Source: Planctomycetota bacterium (lineage in GTDB: Bacteria; Planctomycetota; UBA1135; UBA2386). From it: DNA of 64,000 nt. The position numbers were made by a program, and so were the translations under genes. The notes under the pieces are model-generated. The model had not been told where the DNA came from and searched no databases. It saw only the letters and a list, made by a program, of their open reading frames with translations. The stretch is from positions 338,068 to 402,067 of the forward strand of contig JAWKUN010000002.1 in the NCBI GenBank assembly GCA_041398565.1, in the 5' to 3' direction. Positions 1-8,276 of this stretch are shown here, one piece after another; the stretch's first letter is position 1; each line of letters opens with the position of its first letter.

Positions 1-789
1 ACCCACCAAGACCACCGACGCGGCGATCGCGCACTCGACCAGCGTCGACGGCAGCGCGATCCAACCCAGGGCCGCCGCCACCAGAGTCAGCGAGTGGGCC
101 ACGGTGAACGTGGTGACGACGAGCGCCGCCTGACGCCACGTCGCCACGGCCAGCAGCAGCCCCAGCAGGAAGGCGAGGTGGTCGAGGCCGCCGACCACGT
201 GCTCGACGCCCAGCGTGACGAACGCCAGCAGCTCCGGCGCCGGCGCCTCGCCTGCCTGCGCACGAAGCCCGAGCGTCCGCTGCGCCGGCGACAGCAGGGC
301 CTGCCCGACGCGGTGGCCGCGTTCGCACACCTCGACGAACTGCCGATGTCCGTGCGGCAACGACGCAAGCGACGGCACCGCCACCGCCACCTGGTCGCCG
401 GGCGGGCGCGAGCCCACCAGGTCGACCAGCACGTCGCCGTTGGTCTGGGCGCGCGCGCGCAGCGTCTGCCACGCAACCGGGACGCCGTCGAAGTTCACCT
501 CCAGCCACGCGGCGGCGTCGATGCTGGCGGCCCGCGCCAGTTCGGCCGGCGCCAGGCTGCCGTCGCCGTCGGCGTCGAGCACCCGACCGGGCCCCGCCAC
601 GAAGTCGGCAGCGGCGAAGCCGAACTCCACCTCGACCCGCTCCGGCTGCAGGCGAACCTGTAGCCGGCTCAGGCCGGGGTCGTGCGCCGGCAACGCCGCC
701 GCGCAGGCGAGCGCCGCCGCGACCAAGCGCCACGCCCGGCCACGGTCGACGCGCCCGACAGCGCCGCAGCGCTCGCGCTCAGCGGTCAT
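1..789 (-). CDS. HupE/UreJ-family membrane protein (3' end runs off the left window edge)
   Basis: Absent from the ORF track because it has no in-window stop. My translation from ATG 789 gives MTAERERCGAVGRVDRGRAWRLVAAALACAAALPAHDPGLS... (signal-like). Further on it reads ...LAFVTLGVEHVVGGLDHLAFLLGLLLAVATWRQAALVVTTFTVAHSLTLVAAALGW, which carries the GxxHxxxGxDHLxFLL motif of HupE/UreJ. The start overlaps the upstream gene's stop by 11 nt. Confidence 0.7.
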   Translation of the reverse strand, partial: MTAERERCGAVGRVDRGRAWRLVAAALACAAALPAHDPGLSRLQVRLQPERVEVEFGFAAADFVAGPGRVLDADGDGSLAPAELARAASIDAAAWLEVNFDGVPVAWQTLRARAQTNGDVLVDLVGSRPPGDQVAVAVPSLASLPHGHRQFVEVCERGHRVGQALLSPAQRTLGLRAQAGEAPAPELLAFVTLGVEHVVGGLDHLAFLLGLLLAVATWRQAALVVTTFTVAHSLTLVAAALGWIALPSTLVECAIAASVVLVG

Positions 790-2221
790 GGACGTGGTTG
801 CGCCCGTTGAGCGGAGTCCCCGCGTACGGGAACACCTTGTTGTAGGCGACATCGTTGGCGTCGACGTTGTCGCCGGCGGTGCGGATCACCGGCGGGTTGA
901 CGCGGAGGTCGCTGATCACCGCCGACACGCCGATGTCGATGACGTCGTCGCCGAAGCGGCGCCCGTTCGGCCAGCCGCCGGGCACGTTCTGGTTCTGCAA
1001 GCGACTGAACAGGACGTCACCACCGAACACCGACAAGCGCGAGAAGCCGGGGTCGTCCGGGTTGGTCGGGTGGTTGGCGCCGCCGCCGGCGAGGCGCGCC
1101 GGGCCGGTCGACAGGTCGACCTTGATGAGGTCCGGAGCGAAGATGCCCGCGAGGTCGGTTCGGTTGGTCTCGATCCCGCCGATCGGGTTGCCGCGGAAGA
1201 CGATGGCGTTGAGCAGTCGCGCCAGCTCGGGCTGCAGCGCGTAGCCGCGAAACCGGGCAGCATCGCTCGCCGGCGTCGTGCGGTTGTATTCGTCCTTGTC
1301 GGCGATGGCGACGAACGCCTCGCAGAACAGCGGGTTGCCCTGCCGGCCGACCTGCACGTAGTTGCCCAGACGCAGCGGCTCGCGCGTGTCGAAGCGCACT
1401 TCGATCTGCTGGCGGAAGGTGGTGGCGTGCACGCCTGCGACCTGCATTTCGCCGCCGAGGTCGGCGATCGGGATCTCGAGGGCGATCGTGTGCACGTTGA
1501 AGCCGGCCTGGCTGTCGCGTGCCTGGCCCGGACCCCGCAGCGCCAGCAGGTCGAAGATGGCCTGGATGTCGCCGTAGAAGCCGTCCTCGCGCTGGCCGGC
1601 GAACGCGCGGTAGCCGGCGTTCAAGCGGCCGACGCCCTGCGCCGTGTAGCGATCGAGCGTCGCCTCGGTGGCCACTCCTTCGCGCGCCGGGCCGTCGCCG
1701 CCGTTGGTGTTGTACTGCGGGGTGGCACGCCCTTGGTTGTTGGGAGGGACGACGCCGGTGCCCAGCACCCGGAAGCCCGTGCCGTTCTGCCGCGTGTCCA
1801 CGCTGTACACCGCGTAGCGCTGCACCAGGTTCTGCCCGGCGTCCGCCACGTCGTTCACGACGCCGGTGTAGGACTGCAAGATGGTGTTGCGGTTGCGCTC
1901 CTCGGTGGTGAACTGGAAGAAGTAGCTGATCGTGGCGCGCCCCGCGGCCAGGTCGCTGCCGAGCGAGACGTGCAGCGCATAGAGGACGTTGGGGTCGAAG
2001 TTGTAGCGGTTGGGGCCGATGCCCGGATCCTCGAACGGATACACGGACACCGCCGCTGTGAGGTATGCCTGGCCGTTGCGGCCGGTCACGAACGCGTAGA
2101 CGTCGGTCGTGTTGGCAGCATCGTCGAGGGTGATGAGGGGCGCATCCATGTGGCTCGAAGCCAGGAGGGCACCGGTGCAGAGCACGCTGCTCAGCGCAGC
2201 GCGCGGGATCGTGAGGTTCAT
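779..2221 (-). CDS. DUF4331-family secreted protein (480 aa)
   Basis: Inner part of ORF 779..3313, starting at MNLTIPRAALSSVLCTGALLASSHMDAPLITLDD. It has a signal peptide followed by an SSHxxAP motif, and protein-like composition throughout. The upstream 364 aa of the track ORF are Arg/Pro junk. Confidence 0.85.
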   Translation of the reverse strand: MNLTIPRAALSSVLCTGALLASSHMDAPLITLDDAANTTDVYAFVTGRNGQAYLTAAVSVYPFEDPGIGPNRYNFDPNVLYALHVSLGSDLAAGRATISYFFQFTTEERNRNTILQSYTGVVNDVADAGQNLVQRYAVYSVDTRQNGTGFRVLGTGVVPPNNQGRATPQYNTNGGDGPAREGVATEATLDRYTAQGVGRLNAGYRAFAGQREDGFYGDIQAIFDLLALRGPGQARDSQAGFNVHTIALEIPIADLGGEMQVAGVHATTFRQQIEVRFDTREPLRLGNYVQVGRQGNPLFCEAFVAIADKDEYNRTTPASDAARFRGYALQPELARLLNAIVFRGNPIGGIETNRTDLAGIFAPDLIKVDLSTGPARLAGGGANHPTNPDDPGFSRLSVFGGDVLFSRLQNQNVPGGWPNGRRFGDDVIDIGVSAVISDLRVNPPVIRTAGDNVDANDVAYNKVFPYAGTPLNGRNHVHDR

Positions 2222-2310
2222 GAGTCGGTGACGTTGGACAATCCGGCGCGTCGTGTGGCGATGTGACCCACGCACGGTCCGGGAGGACTGAGGGCAGCGG
2301 GACACGTGGG

Positions 2311-3585
2311 TCAGAGCGCCGCCATCCGCCGCGCCAGGTCGGCGCGTTCGGATGGCCACAGCGTGCCGGCGCGGCGCTGCGCCACCGCGAAGTGGGTGCG
2401 CGCCGCCGCCGCGTCGCCGCGTGCCGCGGCGATGGCGCCGGCGTGGTATTCGATCCGGGCGTCGCCGGTTCCGAGTGCCAGCGCCGCATCCATGGCGGTC
2501 TGCGCCGCCTCGACACGATCGTTGGCGAGCAGCGCCCACGCGTGCAGGTCGTGGGTGAAGACGTCTTGGCGCGCCGCCAGCTCCTGCGTCGCCAGGGCCA
2601 GTGCGCGCGGGCGGTCCTCGCCTCGACTCAGCAAGAACAGGGCGAAGTGGCGGGCGTCGTCGCGCGCGCCGGAGCGGCGCAGATCGGCCGCGAGCGCGGC
2701 CGCGCCCGCAGGGTCGCCGTTGCGCTCCAAGAGGTCGATCGCGAGCCAGCGGTGCTCGGGCAGCGGGCACAGCTCGGCCGCGCGCAGCGCCACGCTGCAC
2801 GCGGCGTCCCACTGGTCGTCGGCGGCGAGCACCCGCGCCCTGGCCAACAGCACCGAGACCGCGTCCGCGTCGATCGCCTGCGCGCGCGCACACTGCTCGG
2901 CGGCGGCCGCGAGCTGGCCGGCCTGCAACTCCACCAGCGCCAGGCGCGCGTAGGCCCAACACAGAGCCTCGGGGTCGCGGTGGCTGCCGGCACCGATGGC
3001 GAGCTGCAGCAGTTGCCGCGCCCCGTCGAGGTCGCCGCACAGCCAGCGCACCTGGGCGGCGCGCGCGTAGCTCTGCAGGCACGGCTTGAGGTCGAGCATG
3101 CGCTGGTAGCTGGCGAGCGCCTCCTCGACCCGACCACGATCGTAGAGCACGTCGCCGAGCAGACCGTGATCGGCGAAGGCACCGCGGTCTGCCACCAAGC
3201 GCCGCGCCACCGCCTCGGCCTCGGCGAAGCGATGCAGGCTGTGCAGCACGTGGCCACGCAGCAGGCGGCCGCCGCAGTGCTCGGGTGAGCGGCGCGCGAT
3301 GCCGTCGGCACACGCTTCGGCCAGCTTGTAGAACCCAGGGTCCTGCGCGAGACGCGCCTTCGCCACGTAGAGGCGACCGAGACCTTCGAGGGCGGCGACC
3401 ACGTCGCCGCCGCGGCGCACTTCTTCCTGCGCGCTCACCAGCCGCCGGTCGAGGTCGCCGCGTGGCTCGCCGCCGTCAGCCGCTGGTACCAGCACGAGGG
3501 CCAAGTCGTCGAGCGAACCGGCGTCGGACGACGCGTCTCCACACGCGGGCAGCAGCAACAGGAGCAGCAACACGAGACGGTGCAT
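2311..3585 (-). CDS. TPR-repeat lipoprotein (424 aa)
   Basis: Inner part of ORF 2311..4839, starting MHRLVLLLLLLLPACGD (lipobox LPAC). The rest is Ala/Leu-rich helical repeats of TPR type. It lies directly upstream of the DUF4331 gene. Confidence 0.75.
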   Translation of the reverse strand: MHRLVLLLLLLLPACGDASSDAGSLDDLALVLVPAADGGEPRGDLDRRLVSAQEEVRRGGDVVAALEGLGRLYVAKARLAQDPGFYKLAEACADGIARRSPEHCGGRLLRGHVLHSLHRFAEAEAVARRLVADRGAFADHGLLGDVLYDRGRVEEALASYQRMLDLKPCLQSYARAAQVRWLCGDLDGARQLLQLAIGAGSHRDPEALCWAYARLALVELQAGQLAAAAEQCARAQAIDADAVSVLLARARVLAADDQWDAACSVALRAAELCPLPEHRWLAIDLLERNGDPAGAAALAADLRRSGARDDARHFALFLLSRGEDRPRALALATQELAARQDVFTHDLHAWALLANDRVEAAQTAMDAALALGTGDARIEYHAGAIAAARGDAAAARTHFAVAQRRAGTLWPSERADLARRMAAL

Positions 3586-3617
3586 GCTGACTTCAGGTCG
3601 CGGCGCGCGCGGGGATG

Positions 3618-4853
3618 TCAGGTCAACTGCCGGCGGCAGTCGAGCAGCCCATTCGAGCGCGCGAGCGAGCGCGTGACCGCGCGTGCGCCGAGGCCGCAGC
3701 CGACACCGCTCGCCAGCAGGCGTCGTGGTGTCGCCGCCGCGCACACACCGGCCATCGCCAGGCCGGCGGCGCGCCACGTGCGGCGCAGCCACGTGGGGCC
3801 GCCCGCCGCGTCCGGCCGGCCGACGGCGGCGAAGGCGCGCAGGTCGCGCGCCAGATCGGCGGCGCGGGCGTAGCGTCGGCGCGGGTTCTTGGCCAGGCAG
3901 CGCCCGAGCACGCGCGACAGCGCCCGAGGCACGTCGGCGACGCGGTGCGCGGCCGGCACACGACCGCTGCGCACCGCGTCGAGCACGCGCGGCAACGCGC
4001 CGGGCACCACGGCCGGACGGCCGGTCACACACTCGTAGAGCACCGTGCCCAGAGAGTAGATGTCGGACGGCGCTCCCACCCGCGCTTGGTCGCCCGACGC
4101 CTGCTCCGGCGACATGTAGGCCGGTGTGCCGAGGAAGTCGGACGAGCAGGTGATGTGGTCGACCGGCGAGGTGCTCAGCCCGAAGTCCAGCACGGTGAGC
4201 GCACCGTCGCCACCGAGCATGAGGTTGCTCGGCTTGAGGTCGCGGTGGACGACGCCGCGCGCGTGCGCCACGTCGAGCGCCTCGGCCACCGCCGCGAAGC
4301 TGCGCGCCATCGCCCGCGCGTCGGCGAGCCAGGGCGTCGAGCGCGTGCGCAGCACCTCGTGCAGGGGTGTACCGCCCACCAGGTCCATGACCAGGAACAG
4401 ACGACCGCCGTCGTCGCCGCACTGATGCACGGCGACCAAGCGCGGGTGCCGGATGCTGGCGGCGATGCTGGCTTCGCGCAGCAGGCGGGCGCGGCTGTGC
4501 GGGTGCGCGGCGAGATGCGGGTGCAGGACCTTCACCGCCACTCTCCGCCCGTCGTCGGGCGAAGCAGCGACGAACACGCGCGCCGTGCCCCCTTGGCCGA
4601 GCAGACGCTCGATGCGGTAGCCGCCGATGCGGACCGGCAGGTCGTTCGCCGCGGCCAAGCGCGACGACGCCGCGAGCATCTGGCGCGCCTGCACCAGGAA
4701 CTCGCCGCGCCAGACCTCCGGCAAGCTGGCGGCGAAGCACGTCGCCGCGAGGTCGGCGTCTTGGTCGCGGCGCAGCAGGAAGGCGACCAGCGCCTCCTCC
4801 ACCGCGGCTGTCACGCTGGCCGGCGGTGCCGGGCAACACCAGGTTTCGCGCAT
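3618..4853 (-). CDS. Hanks-type Ser/Thr protein kinase (411 aa)
   Basis: Inner part of ORF 3618..5453, starting MRETWCC. Kinase motifs are present: GQGGTARVF...VAVKVL, HRDLKPSNLML, DFGLS, GTPAYMSPE. Confidence 0.85.
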   Translation of the reverse strand: MRETWCCPAPPASVTAAVEEALVAFLLRRDQDADLAATCFAASLPEVWRGEFLVQARQMLAASSRLAAANDLPVRIGGYRIERLLGQGGTARVFVAASPDDGRRVAVKVLHPHLAAHPHSRARLLREASIAASIRHPRLVAVHQCGDDGGRLFLVMDLVGGTPLHEVLRTRSTPWLADARAMARSFAAVAEALDVAHARGVVHRDLKPSNLMLGGDGALTVLDFGLSTSPVDHITCSSDFLGTPAYMSPEQASGDQARVGAPSDIYSLGTVLYECVTGRPAVVPGALPRVLDAVRSGRVPAAHRVADVPRALSRVLGRCLAKNPRRRYARAADLARDLRAFAAVGRPDAAGGPTWLRRTWRAAGLAMAGVCAAATPRRLLASGVGCGLGARAVTRSLARSNGLLDCRRQLT

Positions 4854-4863
4854 GGCGAGGACC

Positions 4864-5601
4864 TCAACTCGCTTCCAGGAGCTCGTCGTGCAGCGACGAA
4901 CGCAGGAGGAGCAGACAGCCGTTGCGGGTCCACTGCACCGGGTGCACCGACCCCTTGCCCGCGACCTGGTAGTCGCCGCACGCCATCGCCGTGTCCCCCA
5001 CCTGCAGGTCGCCCTCGAGGACGTAGCACTCCTCGTCGTCGCCGTGCCGGTGCGCCGGGTACGACGCTCCGGGTTCCATGCGAACCAACACCGTGGCGTA
5101 GCCGGCCGTGTCGTCGCGGTGCAGCGTGCGCGCCGACACCCCGGCGACGCGCAGCGGCACGAAGTCGCCGGCGTCGCGCTGCTGGAAGGTGAGCGCGTCG
5201 CGCGACGTCGTCGTCGGCTGCACTTCTTCGATGGCCGCGGCGAACGGCGTCGAGGGCCCGCGGGCCGCCTGCCCGCGCACGCGCTGCAGCACGCGCGCCC
5301 ACAGGCCTGGTACCGGCGCCACCGCCGGCACCAGGCCGCCGACTTCGCCGGCGACGGCCCGGTAGGCATCCACTTCGCTCTCGAGTTCGCGGTCGAGGTC
5401 GGCGCGCGCATCGAACGCCGCGGCGGCGTCGGGAGCGAGCGCATCGAGCGCACGCAGGGCAGACTCGCCGGAGAGGTCGTCGCCAGCGGATGCCTCGAGG
5501 GCGGACGCCTCGGCCGCAGACACGTCGGGTGCGGGGTTGGTGCAGCGCGTGCACTCGGGGGGCGACGCCTCGCCCTGCGGATCGGGGTCGGACGCGGTCA
5601 T
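4864..5601 (-). CDS. ChrR-like anti-sigma factor with C-terminal cupin domain (245 aa)
   Basis: Inner part of ORF 4864..6540, starting MTASDPD. The C-terminus reads VRMEPGASYPAHRHGDDEECYVLEGDL (cupin). Its start overlaps the sigma gene's stop in an ATGA (5598-5601). Confidence 0.7.
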   Translation of the reverse strand: MTASDPDPQGEASPPECTRCTNPAPDVSAAEASALEASAGDDLSGESALRALDALAPDAAAAFDARADLDRELESEVDAYRAVAGEVGGLVPAVAPVPGLWARVLQRVRGQAARGPSTPFAAAIEEVQPTTTSRDALTFQQRDAGDFVPLRVAGVSARTLHRDDTAGYATVLVRMEPGASYPAHRHGDDEECYVLEGDLQVGDTAMACGDYQVAGKGSVHPVQWTRNGCLLLLRSSLHDELLEAS

Positions 5602-6209
5602 CGGTTCTCCTCCTCGGCGACGGTGAGGGCGCGGCGCAGCGCGCCCAGACCATCGCGAATCCTGCTCTTCACGGTACCGAGCGGGACCTGCAGGGTGGTC
5701 GCGATCTCGGTGTGGGTGAGTCCGACGAAGAACGCCGCCGCCAGCGCCTCGCGCTGACCGCGCGGCAGGGCCGCGGCCGCTTCGCGCACGCGCCGCGCCC
5801 GCTCGCTCTGCTCGCTGGCTTCCGCCGGCCCTTCGTCGCGCGCCAGCAGACCGCTGGCCAGATCGGCGACCTCGGCTTGCGTCGCCCGCCCCGGACGCAG
5901 GCGCCGGCGGCGGTCGAGCGCGCGCGAGCGCGCGATGTTGCGCACCCACGCCAGCACGGTCCCCTTGTCTTGGTGGTAGCCCTTGGCGCGCTCCCAGACC
6001 TGCGCGAACGTGTCGACCACGACTTCCTCGGCGGCCTGCCGGTCGCCGACGATGCGCAGCGCCAGGCCGAACACGGTCGCGGCGCAGGCTCGGTACAGTT
6101 CGGACAGCGCCTGCTCGTCGCGCGCCGCGATCCGCCCCAGCAGGGCCGTCGCGTCGGCCGCCGCGGGCGCGGCGTCGAGCAGGCGGAGCGTCGGTCTGGG
6201 TTGCACCAT
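5598..6209 (-). CDS. ECF (sigma-70 family, RpoE-like) sigma factor
   Basis: The 203-aa ORF has region 2 (ALSELYRACAATVFGLALRIVGDRQAAEEVVVDTFAQVW) and a region 4 HTH (REALAAAFFVGLTHTEIATTLQVPLGTVKSRI). Confidence 0.9.
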   Translation of the reverse strand: MVQPRPTLRLLDAAPAAADATALLGRIAARDEQALSELYRACAATVFGLALRIVGDRQAAEEVVVDTFAQVWERAKGYHQDKGTVLAWVRNIARSRALDRRRRLRPGRATQAEVADLASGLLARDEGPAEASEQSERARRVREAAAALPRGQREALAAAFFVGLTHTEIATTLQVPLGTVKSRIRDGLGALRRALTVAEEENR

Positions 6210-6296
6210 CCGTCGCCTCTACGCGCGCACGGCGGCGCTGGATGGGTGGCGGGCTCGGAAATCCGTGCGTCTCGGGCGCCCGGCACGTCCCGCTTC

Positions 6297-7790
6297 CTAC
6301 TGCAACCCGACCCAGGCCAGGTTGGTGAGCCGCATCCAGGCCCGCGCCGGCGCGAAGTGGAAGGCCTGGAAGTGCACGAAGCGGCCGCGCAGCGCGGCGA
6401 CGTTCGGCACGCGCAGAGTGCGGCTGGCGAGGCCCGAGGGCGGAACGAGGACGAGTGCGGGGTCGGTGACGGTCGTGGCCGGATCGAGCCACAGATGGCC
6501 GAAGGGCGTCTGCAAGGGAACGGTGAGTCTCGGTCCGCACAGCGCCAGGGTGGCCACGCCGTCGAAGCCGAACATGCGCAGCGTGACGTTGCTGCCGATG
6601 GTGGCAGCCCCGGGGGCCTGCAGGTGGGTCGCGGCACCCCAGGCGATCTCGGTCTGCAGGCCGTGGCCGAAGAAGAGGTCGAGGTCACCGTCCTGATCGA
6701 CGTCCAACAGGTAGAGGCCGTCCTGGCCGACGACGAAGTTCGGCGTGCCCCAGAAGTGCTCGGGACTCATCGGTTCGAAGGTGCCGTCGCCCCGGTTGAC
6801 GTCCAGGTAGAGCACATTGCCGGAGGAACGCACGATGTCGAAATCTCCGTCGAGGTCGACGTCGCCCACGGCCGCGGCAATCAGCGAAGGGCTACGTGAG
6901 TTCCATCGCGACAACCGCTGCGACACGTCGGTGAAGATGCCGCCACCGTCGTTGCGCAATAGGAGCGACTGCGAGTTGATGCCGACGATGAGCACGTCGC
7001 GGTCGCCGTCGCCCTCGAGGTCGAGGGTGCGCACGAGAAGGGAAGGGATCTGCCTCGAGTGCAACGTGGAGTAGGTGTGGAAGTGACCCCGACCGTCGTT
7101 GAAGAAGGCGTAGTCGGGCTCGATGGGGCCCCAGCTCCCGTTGGCGGTGACGAAATCGACGTCGCCGTCGCCGTCGAGGTCGGCAAACTCGACGTCGGCC
7201 GTCTGCTGCGGCACGTTGGGCATCGCCGTCGGGTCCTCCGTGAAGACGCCTCGACCGTTGTTGAAGAAGGCGCGCATGGGCATGGCTCCGAGCACGATGT
7301 CCGAGTCACCATCGCCGTCGAGGTCGACGAATCGCCCAAAGTTGTACGGTCCGACTGGCGGGCCTCCCGGAAAGGCGGTTGCGGATCCATCGCCGAAAGC
7401 ACCGTTCCCGTCATTGAGCATGATGCTGCACGACTGCGGGCCGAAGGTTGTTTGCAGAGCATCCAGGTCGCCGTCTCCATCGGCGTCCGCCAAGTCGAGC
7501 CTTGCGCCCCACCAAGGCGACGGCGGCGGATACAAGACGTACGGCGCGAAAGCGCCGTGACCCAGTCCCTTCCACACTTGCAGGCCAGCGACCGCGCACG
7601 ATGCTGCGTCCATCAATTGGTCGCCATCGATGTCGGCGAATCGAAACAAGCGACCACCGAACCCAGGCCGTGGCCCCGGCACGATCGTGAACAGAGGCTT
7701 GGGCTGCAACACAGGCGCCGGCGGACTCACAAGCGACTGAGCGGCCGAGGCGCAAGTCAGGACGCAGACAGCAGCGATGGTGCTACGCAT
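6297..7790 (-). CDS. Secreted FG-GAP/VCBS-repeat protein (497 aa)
   Basis: It has a signal peptide (MRSTIAAVCVLTCASAAQS). DxDGDGDxD calcium-type loops recur: DIDGDQ, DADGDGDLD, DLDGDGDSD, DLDGDGDVD, DLEGDGDRD, DVDLDGDFD, DVDQDGDLD. Confidence 0.8.
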   Translation of the reverse strand: MRSTIAAVCVLTCASAAQSLVSPPAPVLQPKPLFTIVPGPRPGFGGRLFRFADIDGDQLMDAASCAVAGLQVWKGLGHGAFAPYVLYPPPSPWWGARLDLADADGDGDLDALQTTFGPQSCSIMLNDGNGAFGDGSATAFPGGPPVGPYNFGRFVDLDGDGDSDIVLGAMPMRAFFNNGRGVFTEDPTAMPNVPQQTADVEFADLDGDGDVDFVTANGSWGPIEPDYAFFNDGRGHFHTYSTLHSRQIPSLLVRTLDLEGDGDRDVLIVGINSQSLLLRNDGGGIFTDVSQRLSRWNSRSPSLIAAAVGDVDLDGDFDIVRSSGNVLYLDVNRGDGTFEPMSPEHFWGTPNFVVGQDGLYLLDVDQDGDLDLFFGHGLQTEIAWGAATHLQAPGAATIGSNVTLRMFGFDGVATLALCGPRLTVPLQTPFGHLWLDPATTVTDPALVLVPPSGLASRTLRVPNVAALRGRFVHFQAFHFAPARAWMRLTNLAWVGLQ

Positions 7791-7945
7791 CGAATCACCT
7801 CCTGAACTTCAGCTCGGCCGCCCGACGCAGCGAAGTCATCTCTCCCAGACGTTGTGGACGCGTCCGGTGCAAGCCAGCCCAGCGTTGCCATGGCCAGCAG
7901 GGCGAGGTTGCCGCGGCGGAAAGCGCTACGCGGCGACCGCGTTAG

Positions 7946-7996
<51 letters not shown>

Positions 7997-8276
7997 CTCC
8001 GGATCTTCGAATGCAGCATGCGAGACTCCCGTTTGGTCTTCATTCCCCGTGTTGCCAGTTGCCTGGATGCGATGCCGTCGACTCGTCAAAGGGCCGCTCT
8101 GACGATGGCAAAGAGGCTAACCCGGCGTCGTCAGGCGTCAAGGCACCCCCGAACGGTCACTTTGCCCGTGGCCCACGCGGCGGTCCAGACGGTCGCAACG
8201 GTCGCACCTCCCCCACCTGCCCTTCTTGCCCAGACCGAGCGCCGAACCACCGGCGAGGCTGGCTACGCTGCCGCGC

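Noticed and set aside
87-476. Track ORF 87..476 (-) as a gene
   Set aside because: It is out of frame with the HupE/UreJ reading frame, which gives a proper membrane-protein translation. The track ORF is Arg/Trp/Cys-rich junk.
215-2266. Long plus-strand ORF (683 aa), and similar giants at 8445-10463 (-), 12431-15325 (-), 15557-17518 (+), 17979-20426 (+), 29042-33946 (+), 34379-38413 (-), 59555-62260 (-)
   Set aside because: Their composition is extremely rich in Arg, Ala, Gly and Pro. They carry no recognisable motifs, and each lies antisense or out of frame to a gene with clear family signatures. These are typical shadow ORFs of ~70% GC DNA.
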